Assembly (NCBI RefSeq): GCF_023055435.1
Contig: NW_025963846.1
Location: 17,422,001 to 17,486,000, forward strand
Direction: 5' to 3'
DNA: 64,000 nucleotides
DNA from: Haliotis rufescens
Lineage: Eukaryota
Shown here: in pieces, positions 36,551-49,287 of the stretch
How the letters are laid out: every line of letters begins with the position of its first letter
Position numbering within the stretch: position 1 is the first letter of the stretch
Made by a program: the position numbers and the translations under genes
The notes under the pieces: generated by a model
What the model saw: only the letters and a program-made list of their open reading frames with translations
Told to the model about the DNA's origin: nothing
The model's database searches: none

Positions 36551-37156
36551 TATGCTCACAAGGAGCATGTTTTCATCAAGTTGATGTGAGCAACTAACAC
36601 AGATTTTTTTTTAAAACCATTATTACATTGACAAGGAGTTGTTGAACAAAGAATTTTCTAATCTGACATTTTTTGTGTTAAAGCATTGGAACATAAATTC
36701 ATACATATCAGAAATGTTTTATCCAAATATATATATATATATTTTAATTGTATGATTTATAATAAAGTTGTTTTTTTTATATTGTGTATAAATTATCTGT
36801 GTAAATGTTTAACCAGTGTTAACAGCATTCAAACCACCTCGTATTGTAAAGCACCTATGTCTTCAAGCAGGTCTGTATGGATCAGTAACAATGTATGTTG
36901 ATAATACCAGACCAGTTCATGTTTTTCTTATTGAGACAATCTTATCTAAATTGTGCAAAAGTTAAAAAATAAATTAAAATCATGTTTATTGGAATATTTC
37001 TTTTGTATTTGTCTTCTTTAGAATTTAACCTAAAATCAACCATAACATCACATATATTTTTCTTAATTGCTTCATTGCACATTAATAGAATAGGAAAAAC
37101 TAGAAAATTAATTGGTATGGCCTAATACATTCTCTGTATAGCTTGGCCTGCACTCC

Positions 37157-37276
37157 GGTTCAGTTCTCCACATGGGTACAATATGTGAAGCCCATTTCTA
37201 GCATCCCCCAATAAAGTTGGAATATTACTAATAGTGGTATAAAACTGTTCTCACACCTCACTCACACACTCACTCA

Positions 37277-37327
<51 letters not shown>

Positions 37328-37440
37328 TCAGTTCTCCACATGGGTACAATATGTGAAGCCCATTTCTAGCATCCCCCAATAAAGTTGGAATATTACTAAT
37401 AGTGGTATAAAACTGTTCTCACCCCTCACTCACTCACTCA

Positions 37441-37481
<41 letters not shown>
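37157..37481 (+). repeat. Tandem duplication of a 5'-truncated SINE A with (CACT)n(CA)n tail
   Basis: GGTTCAGTTCTCCACATGGGTACAATATGTGAAGCCC.. occurs twice, each followed by (CA)n. Confidence 0.88.
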
Positions 37482-37485
<4 letters not shown>

Positions 37486-38349
37486 CCTGCTCTCATGGAC
37501 ATAAGACAAAGATGGCTGTTTGAGGTATTTTATCTGTACAGCATTTGGATGTTCGAACATGGATACTTTTCAAAGAACTTCTTTAAGAGACTGACCATTT
37601 AATTACCTTGGCAGATGGCCTGGGATAAGAGATGGGATATTTTTTCAGTTACTGCTTTGAAAACACAATTTCTTCCTGTTAAAAGATCTGAACAATTTCC
37701 TTGTTTTTCCCCAACACATACTATTTCAGGACATCAAGTAAAAATGTTATTTTTGTGAAAAATGTGAGGACATTATTTTTTTTCTCATGTCTTTCTGGAA
37801 CAAATAATATTTTCCCCAAAAGAGTCCCTTCTACCCCTCTGTCCTTGAACATCAATGGTCGGCCCCTAAGCACTGATACCCAGGGGTACTTCATTATATT
37901 CCGAACTACTCGGTATATGGAATGCCTGCTTCCAACCATGACAGTGATAGATACTCTTCATCTTTTTGTTGAAACTTGATGACATATGCTTTAAAAAGTA
38001 ACTTGTGAGTGCTTGTAAATAATTGATAATACATACTTTGTTTTAAGAAGTTGTAAATATTGAAATAGTTATTTTTACTGATTTTCCAGAGATTTATCTG
38101 ATTATTGTGAAGAGGTTTTTTGTTGATATTGAATAACTTAGGATGCACCAACTATTATTACCTTGGTGTGTGGCGTGATAGTAATGTCAATGTGTCTGCA
38201 AATACAGATATTGGGATATTCATGACACCAAGAATACATGTGACAGTTCACTGATATGTCAGGTGTTGTTCAACTCCACTGACGTCACCCCATTTGGAAA
38301 GTGTACACAGCTCAGAGAATAATTGACTTGTGTACTATTTATGTAAAAC

Positions 38350-38512
38350 ATTCTGGTCTTTGAAAGACATTTAGAAGTGATACACATAAGGAAGAGAATT
38401 TATGGATGTCAACTTCTTAAGTATGAGGAACACAATGTTTCGGAGTATATGCTTACTCCTTCATCAGGTAAACTGAATGAATGAATGAGTAAGCATATAC
38501 TCCGAAACGTTG
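38350..38512 (-). mobile_element. Short repeat with degenerate hammerhead-like core and inverted partial copy (possibly Penelope-derived)
   Basis: Minus strand CTGATGAAGGAGTAAGCATATACTCCGAAAC; inverted GAGTAAGCATATACTCCGAAACGTTG at 38487-38512; homologous to 24259-24550. Confidence 0.55.
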
Positions 38513-40103
38513 AGTGATGCAGCAATGATATAACTTGGTGTAAAACAACATTCACTCATTTATTGAAAATGATATGCTCCAAGAAGAGAGAGATTTTCAA
38601 GAAAATAGGACCTATTCTTACTGAACACTTTGAATTAAATGACAGATCTTTGTTACGAGATAATATATATAAGTACAGCTATTGTTACCATAAATATTTT
38701 ATATTGCAAACAATATAAGCCGTATACACCAAATCTGCCGATACAGCAATTTCAGCTTCAGTTCTGACCTGTTTGTATGCCATGATTGTACAGCCTACAA
38801 GATATCCTTATGATGTAACATTTTGTATAGTTTGTGCTGTTATTTTGTTGTTGATGTTTATCTTGTTTTCTACACAATGTTATCCAAACTTACATCATTC
38901 CAGTACTGTATTTATCACACAGATATTTACTGCTAATGCAACAGTTCCATTGTTAAGCCACCTGTAGTTAACCTTGACCTTTAATTGGTACCATTAAATA
39001 TGTATAGAGACATAGAAGGGTTCCAAGATTGGTGCCAATGTTGGACATAAATGTTGGACGTGTAGCTGGTATTATATTACCATATGCTAGATAAGTTTAT
39101 TTTCTTTTTTACAAGCTTACCTGACGTTTTTGAAAAGTAAATTAAGGATAAATTAAGAAGAATTTTGGTTTGGTGTTAAGATTTTTTATTTAACGGGGTT
39201 TCTGTCAGAAAATTGTCCTCAAATTTGCCCCAATACTTTTTTATTTGACTTCCTGCATTTCACATATTGACAAATCTGTGGAACCAGATATTAGATTGTA
39301 TTGGTCAGTTATGGTATTTATAAAGGCAAAACAAGATAATAATCAGTGAGTGCTGCATAGCACGATATATCTACTTACACTGGTCCATAATTTTGTGCAG
39401 GTGTGTCAAATTATAAAATGACCACCTGAACCTTTATTATTGGAGGCAGCAACACATACCGTCTTACCCAACTTATCAACTCATTAGACTGTATGCTATG
39501 TGGGGCCATGAATTAACCTCATCAAAAGCGATATGTCGAGTTAATGTACTTTTAGATCTTGAAGTTATTGAAAATTCATTGGCGCCATTCTGCAAAGCCA
39601 TGTTACCGCCAGGACGATTGCAGCTCCCATATTTTAACAGACGTGCATCAATCATAGGGCTAAGATTGATCTGTTGAATTGGTCCCTGGGATGTTGATAA
39701 GTGAAATACCTCTAACTCAACATATTGTGTAATACAATATGACTTTTTTTATACTAACAGAACAATTATTATGTATTTACATTCAATGGTCCCCAGAGCT
39801 TTTATTCCATCAGGTTGCATGCACTTGGTTAATAAAGATCAGAAAAGGGATTCAGTTGTCTTTCATAGGAGTGTTACTCCTGTTAACTTAAATCTACTGG
39901 ACATGCGAGCAGTGAGCATGGAAGAGTTTTTCTACAGCCATGGCTAAACCTTCAAATAGAAATTAAATCAAACCAAAAATAGTCTGTTGTATGCAAACTA
40001 CTGATTGATCCTTTTGAACAGAGTTTTATGTACTACAAAATTATTGGAAGAACACCAGAGTTTTTCATAGGTCTATAGTTATGCCAATAGTATAGTTATA
40101 TTA

Positions 40104-40430
40104 CCGTATTTGACGTAATAAGCACCCAGGGCGCTCTCAGAAATAGGGGGTTCTTTTATTTTGGTGGAAAAAAACAGAGTTGAAAGATAAATTTTACGGT
40201 ATATGACAGCCTGAAATGTTTATGTACGACAGATATATTTTTCCAGAATTTAATTGCCCATAATTAAGGGTGCATGTAATACACAAGTGCATATTATACA
40301 CGAATAAATAGGTCTTGTGTACATTGATCAATCGGAAGGGTCACTAAATGGGATTGTTCACAAGCCATTATAGTAGCAAATACTGCCATGGGCACTTATT
40401 AGAGTGGGGCGCTTATTACGTCGAATACGG
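40104..40430. mobile_element. pogo/Tigger-like MITE with TA TSD
   Basis: TA|CCGTATTTGACGTAATAAGC...GCTTATTACGTCGAATACGG|TA. Confidence 0.85.
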
Positions 40431-42294
40431 TATACTTAGTCACATGAAAACTATTGGGTGTTCTTCAACTTCTTTTGAGTAGTATATTACTTATGATTCT
40501 TACCTTGGGTCAGCTATGTTGGTGCCAATACATCTTGATTATGTTGACATTTGCACAGTAAACTGCAAGTTACTTCATTTTGGACAAACCTCATACAGTG
40601 TTCCCTCGCTATCAGTACAGTGCTAACTCGGTTATAGCACGCGGTAATGCATGGCTCCCAAACTTTACTTACATTTTTAATAAGCTCAAGTTTATTGACC
40701 AAGTTTATTATACCTGTTCATTCACCTGAATTCACTTAAGGGATACAGATTTATGGGTTTTTTTCGAATGCATAACACTCGATAAATCTTTTTTTACACA
40801 TGAATCATAAACAACTACTATTCTAATCTAATTCTAGACTCTGAAACGTGCAGCGTAGATCGTGTTAGGTAGGCAGAGCATGTACTGTTTTGTTGGTCAT
40901 CTATCCCCAACGACTCCACCTCCATTAAACTGCCTATCATCTATAACGCTCATCAAGTATTTGGACTCAAAAGGTAGTGTTGATCACTGTACTAAAAATG
41001 TAAATGCTAGAGAATGTGTGACAGTGCTTTGTCTGGATGTAAAGGTTGCAAGAAAAAAGGGTGAAGCAACGAGTCCTATTGTTCTTGCAACCCTTCACTG
41101 CCAAACACTGGAATCCATGAATAGCAATTTGTACTTGCACATAGGTGAACAGTCTGTGCAAACACCACACTATCCACAAAAGGCGTATGGTCCATGCACC
41201 TGTGTAAATCTTTAGGGACATGCAGCTGGTTCTGCTCGGATGGGTTTCAGTAAAGTATATAGTGTAGTTGTACAACACAGGGCCTAGACAACTAACACCC
41301 ACTGGTCCAGGAGCCGTGCTCTCATGTACAATTCTGTAATTCACATATTCTATAGTATCACAAGCTTATGTTTATCTTGCTGCAGTATTGTAAAAGCAAA
41401 GCTGACGTGATGTGCGCAACAAAATATTACAACTGTTCAATTTGGGTTTAAACTCCCAACTCACTCGCTTATTCATATTAAGTGCTACTTATGAGATCAG
41501 GTCTATTTTTTTACCACCAGATAATAATGCTTTTATTCCTGTGCTACATCTATCGGATTTTAAAGATAACAGCATGTTAAGATAATATATATTGCGATAC
41601 TGAATCTTGTGGTAGACTGCACCAATGCAAAACAGCACTACAAGATAGTGGTTGCAGTGTATTGTGCAAGTGGTATGTTCTACAATGTACTTTTGTCAAC
41701 ACGGAATATGTACTACAATTTCTTTAAGAATGATTAAGATGCACCAATAAACAGGCATTTGTAACAAATTTGTGTTCTTATCTGTTCAGATAATTATTAG
41801 ATCCTTATCACTACATAATACCTGTATGGAGTTAGTCCATCTTTCAGACCAGTTTTCAAGATATATCGAGTCTCTTGGACAGAGTGATCTGATAAGGTTT
41901 TCTCTTATCATTACTTTGAAGCAGGTGTAAGCGTGGTCTATTTATCCAAGGCACCCAAAGTAACTTTGCAGGTTGCTTCCCTTAGTGATGCCAGTATCAG
42001 CTGGTCATGGTTCCTAATCTAAACTTTGCCCTGAATGTTACCCTTAGTTGGTCAGCCCCAATACTGTGCCCGATACATTTCTCCACAGGGGTTAACTTCT
42101 ACGACCTGCATCCCTTTGGCTTTCCTTCCACAATAAGCTGACACTGTTCAATGCAGAGTAAAACCTGCCTGTTTCCTTTGGCTTAATTTATGCCCTTTGT
42201 TGCAACCTTATTCTGATTTAAGTCAAACGTACACAACAATCATTCGATGATTGGGACCATTACCAAACTGGAATCCCTGGACTCTGTCGTCTGT

Positions 42295-42490
42295 TTCAGC
42301 TATATAATGGCGGTCTGTAAATAATTGGGTCTGCATCAGGCAATCCTATGATGATACCATGAGCTACGATCCACACCTCAGGGGTATGTTGACACGCAAT
42401 CAACAAGTCACCATGTCTGACCACCCATCTATTCCGTCACCTCTAAAGACCATCATAGGATGCTGGGAACCTATTCTAACCCGGAATCCC
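42295..42490 (-). mobile_element. SINE-like family B, diverged
   Basis: CAGCTATATAATGGCGGTCTGTAAATAAT..CTGACCACCC..ATTCTAACCCGGA. Confidence 0.65.
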
Positions 42491-45400
42491 CATGAGGGTA
42501 GATATAACTGGCGGTCATTAGTATTGTGAAGATCATGTAACTGAGTCTAATGTGATGTTTTACATTTTTGTTTTTACTTTGAACCTGATGGGGTTTGGGA
42601 GGGATTCAACAGGCCTACAACATTAGCATCCAGTGACATACATCACAATAATATCCCAAGGTAACCTGAAACATTGCTGAAACATTCATATCCATAGTAA
42701 ATCCTCGATCCATCTTGATGCCAAGGACAGAGTAAGCTGTGATAATGGTTGTGTAAGAAAAGACAAACTTTGATTAAACTGGGAAGTCTTTATTTCTCAA
42801 ATATAATGATGATATTCCTGATCTACCACTCTCCAGCATACATGAAGCTCTCCACTGAAAGCCAATCGGGACTAGGATTCCAGGGTTACAACAGATCAAC
42901 GAACAATCTTCATGGCAGCTTCCACAATAGATGACACTTGGGATGGAAAGAGCATCTATAACCAGTGCTTCAATTGGTTCAAGTTCATGTATACCCACCA
43001 CAAAAATAATACCTAGCATTGCATTTATCCACAAGATAGATCTCTATAAGCATCTCATAGCATTGAACGAACAGTCGGATATGTAAGTTCAGGAAAAATG
43101 TGCTGGCTCTATACATTGGCTTTCTGTTCCAAAGGTAATCAGTGAAGCTGGAAATTAACATTTGCCCAAGACTTGAAAACTTGGTGTTACAAGTAACAAA
43201 TAGGCCAGTCTACATTTTAGCGGAGAGGTAATTCTGGAAAGTGGATTATAGAGTCGAGGTCTACTCCAAAAATGATGCTATGACTACCTTCCCAAGTGGC
43301 AGCTAGGTGCTGCTGTGAGCGTGCTGGGATGTGGTGGAGAGACAGGCAGGCAGGCAGGCAGAGGTCATCTCAAGCTGCTGATCAAACACCCTGCTACACC
43401 GCATGTCAACATCTACAAACTTAACACAATGTTAATGAGAAACCTTAATGGTTACAATAAGAACAAGGGAATAATTGCAACATTTCGGTAGTTTTAGTTT
43501 GGTTTAAACACGGAATGCCACACATAATCAGTAGAGAACAGCATAGCATTTCTTAGGTTTCAAAATTAACAACCTGAGTGGTTACAGTGGTTAGAATGGT
43601 TTATCGGTCAGTTGGAAAGGTTTTGACATTCTATATAAACAAAGCAGATTTGGGTGTATCAACAGTTAAATAGACTAGACATATATACATGCTCATTTCT
43701 ATGACGGTCAAAACAAAATCTGGATAAAACATCATCCTGGCAGATATGAACAAATCATCAGGGCTGTTTTCTACTGCCGGCAAATAACAGACCAGTAGCC
43801 TAAGTCAGTTCAATAAAACACTGAAGCATTATTTACAAACTTTACCTTAATACATCCCAACTCTTGCACCAAACCAATTGTAATGTTTCCATGGGCGAGT
43901 CTGATAAAATTTGGAATGCCCAACAGCAATAACAACCCTGAATGAGAGATTCAGTTGGCAAGCTCTTTGTGCTCAACACAATTAATGTCTTGGTTGTACA
44001 ATATCACCAACAAAAAGGGATAACAAGTTCCTTGAGCAAATAAATGTTCCTGATATAGTCAATTCTGTATGCAATCACACTGCTGTTATTCAGGAAATAA
44101 AGAGTCTGTGGTGGACATATTTCACTACATGTAAAACATTTGGTAACACGTAACTTAAATATTACCACAGACTTGGAGTAAAGCTTTGGTACAATACGTA
44201 AAGCATCTTATTTGGCAGAAAACTTAACTGGAATAAACATAGCAACTGCTTATTTTAAATCAATAAATGTGTGATGAAATGGGACCAAAGGTCTGGGACA
44301 ATTAAACGTGATGGTATATGTACAGAAACATTTGATTTCTACAAGACTTTGTTTTTCAGTCTGAAGTCCCTTTACCAGGATTTTCCAAATTATTTGAAAA
44401 TCTCAGATGACTTGAGGCTTGGTTGCTTCAATCCTTACAATTACTTCTTTTAAGATCTCATACATCTTAGGACATACTTATTTTAATGTTATGAGATCCA
44501 TTAAGAGAGATGTGACATAATATGGTGGAGCTATTCCTTATTTGTTCTGTCTTATATTTCTAAAGTGAACTGAACCTACAGATCTGTCAATGCTAGTGAT
44601 ATGTAATATAGATGTGTTCTACAAAGCTAACTTTCTCACAAAAACTTGATGTTTTCACGAACAAAACTCAATTCATACAAAATAATGACAGGTAGAAAGA
44701 TGATAAAATATTACAAAGCACATAAGTTAAAAGTTAGCAATCTCACCATTACAATACTAACTCAACAAGTGTTATGCTTCAAACTGACAAATACACTGAA
44801 ACTTAAAGTTCCATACTTAACGTCAATGTTAAAATACAAAATTGTGGTAAGGTCAGTTTCTTCAGGAGTAGATATGTATCACAAAGAGGTCTAGCTAGTT
44901 ACAACTGGTGAATCTGGATGTAATGATACAAAATCATTAGACAGAGAAGGGTCACGCACATCTGTTCTATTTACAATGAACATGTGCAAACTTGACACTT
45001 GGGTAGCCAAAGGCAGGGAAACAGATGAAACAAACAATTATCTTATCAACACCAATTCCAAGCAATCATAAGAGGACACTGTTTCACGCTGACCACCGAT
45101 GGTCGCAAGCACAGACCAAGAACACATTTACACTAGAATAGGAGCCAAACAGGTAGTACAAATATGAGGAAATATTTAACTGCTCAAAGGTCAGTGTACA
45201 GAACATGTCACTCGCCAGATATCAGCTGCTACTTATGTTCAGATCTAGATATAATGCCCAATGTTAATAAACATACGGGACCAAAAAAAAGGAACAGATC
45301 TTTGGCAGTCTAAAGTTGATAAACCTATGCTATGTCTTTTTTTTTAATGTTAAGCAGGTGTTTAGTCATGTTGTGACAACTGTATACGTCCAGTAAGAGA

Positions 45401-45676
45401 ATCATTGCTTACTTAGGCAAATTATTATTTCAATAATGGTATTGCAATAGATTTAAAAAAAACTCGACTATCTGAACATCTATAAAACATGAATACTCTA
45501 ATAAAACAGTTAGAAATATAAAAATAAGAGTATACACAACAGTGTCCTGAACATTTGTCTTAAAATTTGGAACAACTCAAATCACTGAACATTACAGTCA
45601 ACGCATAGAGCGAAGTCCATCAAGCTGGCATCATGGTTCTCAGCACATGGCGGCTTTAGCAAGAGAAGCGGACAGG

Positions 45677-45807
45677 TCAGCGTAGATCCGAGATGTTTGT
45701 CTTTGAGCCAAACACAGTCACCAGCTGATCATCGTAGTTGTCAATGTTGCGTTTCATCACATCCATACATGGACCCAACAGGCGCTCAAAGGCTCCAACA
45801 TCCAGCA
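45677..45807 (-). CDS. PRKAR2: PKA type II regulatory subunit, last coding exon
   Basis: tttatttcag acceptor; [43 protein letters not shown]. Confidence 0.95.
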
Positions 45808-46011
45808 CTGAAATAAATGAAGTTTTATTTTATCTAATGAACATGGATCACTGAGCAACCACCACTTATCTACCAAGCACATCATGGACGACAAGATTTA
45901 AGAAAAACACATATTGAGTCAACTTACAATTCCAAAACTCTTAAACATGTTATATACTCAACAAATTAAGGTTTCCTGCAAATGACAAACTACAGTTTTT
46001 CATTCATGATT

Positions 46012-46280
46012 TGTTTGTTTGTTTGTTGTTTAATTAACGCCAGACTCAGAAATATTCCAGCTATATGACAGTGGTCTGTATATAATCGATTTCGGACCAG
46101 ACAATCCAGTGATTGACATCATGAGCATCGATCCCTGCAATTAGCATACAATGACATGCATCAATCAAATCAGCAAGCCGGACCACCCAACCCTGTCAGT
46201 CACCACTTTAGACAAGCATAGTCGCCTTTTATGGCAAGCATGGGTCGCTGAAGACCTAATTTATCCTAGATCTTCACAGG
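46012..46280 (-). mobile_element. SINE-like family B (intronic)
   Basis: (TTTG)n tail, then reverse complement of family B through GATCTTCAC. Confidence 0.85.
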
Positions 46281-46688
46281 TAGCTGCATGAAATGAAGAA
46301 CATGGGCTAAAATTTGAAAATATGCAATGAAATGTTTTTCCTGCAGTTTAAAAAAAATAAAAAATGTTCTTGTTTACACAAGGAAAGGCAATAGATCAAG
46401 ACAAATATATGGGTTTGTTGTCGTATGTTTCTATGAACAGGATGCTTACACATTGTATATATTTTCTTATTCCTAGTGTAATGCTATATCAAGATAAAGG
46501 CAAACAGAGTTACCTCCCTTCATCTACAATACTGCAAGCTAGCAATAGTTTCTCTTATGCAACATGACAGGTTACCAGTAATATTTGCATCACAACTTCA
46601 AGAACGTTCTTCCAGCAGTGCTCTGAACATAATTTCCTGATAACAATTTATTCTACACTACATCAGGACGACTGTACCAAAGACTAAC

Positions 46689-46757
46689 CTGCACACTTGG
46701 TTTTACCCATAGAGTACGCTGACGCTGCTCGTGGCTTGTGTGTGACGAGGGCAAGCT
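46689..46757 (-). CDS. PRKAR2: PKA-RII exon, cAMP-binding domain B phosphate-binding cassette
   Basis: ELALVTHKPRAASAYSMGKTKCA; AG/GT sites, phase 1-1. Confidence 0.95.
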
Positions 46758-47129
46758 CTGAAACATATAGTGTTAGGATACAGAATACATTTACAAAACA
46801 GTATACATTATCATGTTGTAGATGCATCTCTTAACAAGGGGTTCAAAACAAGTATACAGGTCTGTTGACTAACCTAACTTGACCCCTTGACTTGATACAT
46901 GCTTAAATGCAAACTATGTCATTCAAACACTGTGTCTACTTGTTCTTTCAAACAAAATTCCTTTGACAGTCCTGTTTCTTATTTCACCTCAATGTGTATA
47001 AGTAGAAAGGTGAAAGGTAAAATAAGGTCTAACATCGAGTTCAAGATTATTGCACTTATATTACTATGCGCATGCACATGTTTTTTTTGTGTGAATGTAT
47101 GTGTGTGTGGAGAGGGCGCTTGTACGAGT

Positions 47130-47385
47130 CCGGACTAATTTCAAAGCGCTAGCAAACTGAGATACCATGCTGCAGTTTAACATTGATACCCCACTCAGTA
47201 TACTGACAGTGACATTGCACTGACCACTGTCCAGTCCTTGTTTTATCCTCTTAATGACAAGTGCCAGGTAGGGTAACAAGAAGTACCATCTTTTTACATC
47301 TTTCGCTATGATGCAGCTGAGGAACGAACCACCGACTTTCAACTCTCCAGGACAGACGCTCTTTCCACTAGGCCACAGAGGTGGT
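47130..47385 (-). mobile_element. tRNA-derived SINE, family D (conserved-core type)
   Basis: Minus strand TGGCCTAGTGG A-box, GGTTCGTTCC B-box-like, then AAAGATGTAAAAAGATGGTACTT..CCTGGCAC; related fragment at about 35085-35190. Confidence 0.65.
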
Positions 47386-48349
47386 CGTGTATACGTAGAA
47401 GTAGTTGAGACAGGGGTTAACACTACTTGAACTGTATTTTAGTTATTGTCATTGTTTGTCAGCTTAATTTGGAGGTAAACCTGGAAGTGACACAGGTCAA
47501 AAACGTCATATTGTCACTGATGACATAATTCAACACCTTTGCATGTACCATATTCTGTCACTGTCATAACCTCACTTTCAATATTAAAATGAAATGTTTT
47601 TGCAACAGCCATATTGCTTAGCATATATCGTGACCAGCTCATACCTACGAACATTCATAAGTTCAATGCATTTATTTGTGGCTGGGATCAGAACTTGTGT
47701 TTGTGGACCCAGGTAAAAATAACTCACTGACTTGTGAAGAAATAATTTTATAATAATTGACCAACAATGATAAAATTTGACAATGATACATATAAAAATG
47801 GCTGTGTTATGGTAAAAAATATCAGTTTCAATATGTCCAATGTGGTGGCCATGTTTAAAATCATATAGGAATGCTGTGTGCAGTTACCTGAGTTACCATA
47901 GCTGGGATCATTCATACAAGGTTTCATCTCCACAAGTCTTTTAGTTTCAGAGATGTCGGAAATGTAGTGACACCAGAAAAACGACGGTACACGAATGCCA
48001 AAGGTGGTAGTTGGATTAAATATCAAAATATGCCTAAAAAGTAGGTTATATGTTATTCTGAAAACCACATACTTGCTGCCTATCAAATTCAGACTGATAC
48101 AAATGGCTGAGTAATGGCCCAAAATGATATTTTCAACAAGGCTGCCATGGCGACCAAGTTTAAAATCTGATCTAAATTCTCTGACCACTGTTTAGAGACA
48201 CCATAGCTGGGGCCATTCATACAAAGTTTCACCTCTACAAGACTTCTACTTGTAGTTCCAAAGGTGATTAAAAAAAGCAAAAGTTAATGATTGAACAAAC
48301 AGACAAACACCACACTCAACTAAAGAGTAATAATTGCTTTAGTAATTAC

Positions 48350-48410
48350 CTCCAAAGTAGTCTCCTTTTCGGCATCGGGTTAGCTCAATTTCTTTTCCAT
48401 TTTCGTCACT
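48350..48410 (-). CDS. PRKAR2: PKA-RII exon (domain B)
   Basis: SDENGKEIELTRCRKGDYFG; tag/gtaatt sites, 61 nt, phase 0-1. Confidence 0.93.
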
Positions 48411-49170
48411 CTATAAACAGATACTTACAAAATGATGGCATGACAAAGAAACTTCCTGATGAAACCTTCATACCTTTGGAAATTGAACACATAACACTGA
48501 TCATATAATTAAAACATAAGATATTAAGTTACGTTTCCATGTAAACGAAATATTGAAGAGTAGTCATTCATTAAACATGTTTTCAAATTTGAATAAATGA
48601 TTAAATTTTATCCTTACTGACAATTCAAAGGTAATCTTATGAATAGTTCATAAAACCAGAAAGTAACTACTTTATTAATACTGTATACTATACAGTGTAT
48701 AGGCAGAAGCAAACCATTGCAGACGGTACTACAAATAGTTATTTAGGAATGCAGGTCGTCAATAACTACATAAAAGCATAATATGTACAGAGAATGAAAT
48801 TATTGTGAAAAACAGCATGAAAACGTGCATAAAGCAAAACTTAGTTAGAAAGACACAAATCACACAAGTTGGGTGCATTCTTTACCACACAAACATTCCT
48901 GCTCATTCCAAAACCAATAACAGAAATAACAACTTAATCGAAATAGTGGTTGTGATGTGTGAAGGAAATGAAAATATTTAAACTACAGAAACATCCTTCC
49001 AGCATGGAGAGACAGGCACATCCTAATCAGTGTAATCTTAGCAAACATAGAGGGAGTATTAAATTTCAATCAAATTCAACTAAAGTATACAACTATATTA
49101 CCAACTCATAGAAAAAGAGATAAATATTTTACTGATCTTAACTACATGAACTATGCTGAGATATTAAGAA

Positions 49171-49287
49171 AGACTAAGGTTTAATGGTAAGATGCTAAAA
49201 GACACAGCTGAAGAGCTACGGCGATAAGACTAAGGTTTAATGGTAAGATGCTAAAAGACACAGCTGAAGAGCTACGGTGATAAGACT
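49171..49287. repeat. Direct tandem duplication of about 55 bp
   Basis: AAGACTAAGGTTTAATGGTAAGATGCTAAAAGACACAGCTGAAGAGCTACGG(C/T)GAT twice. Confidence 0.9.
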
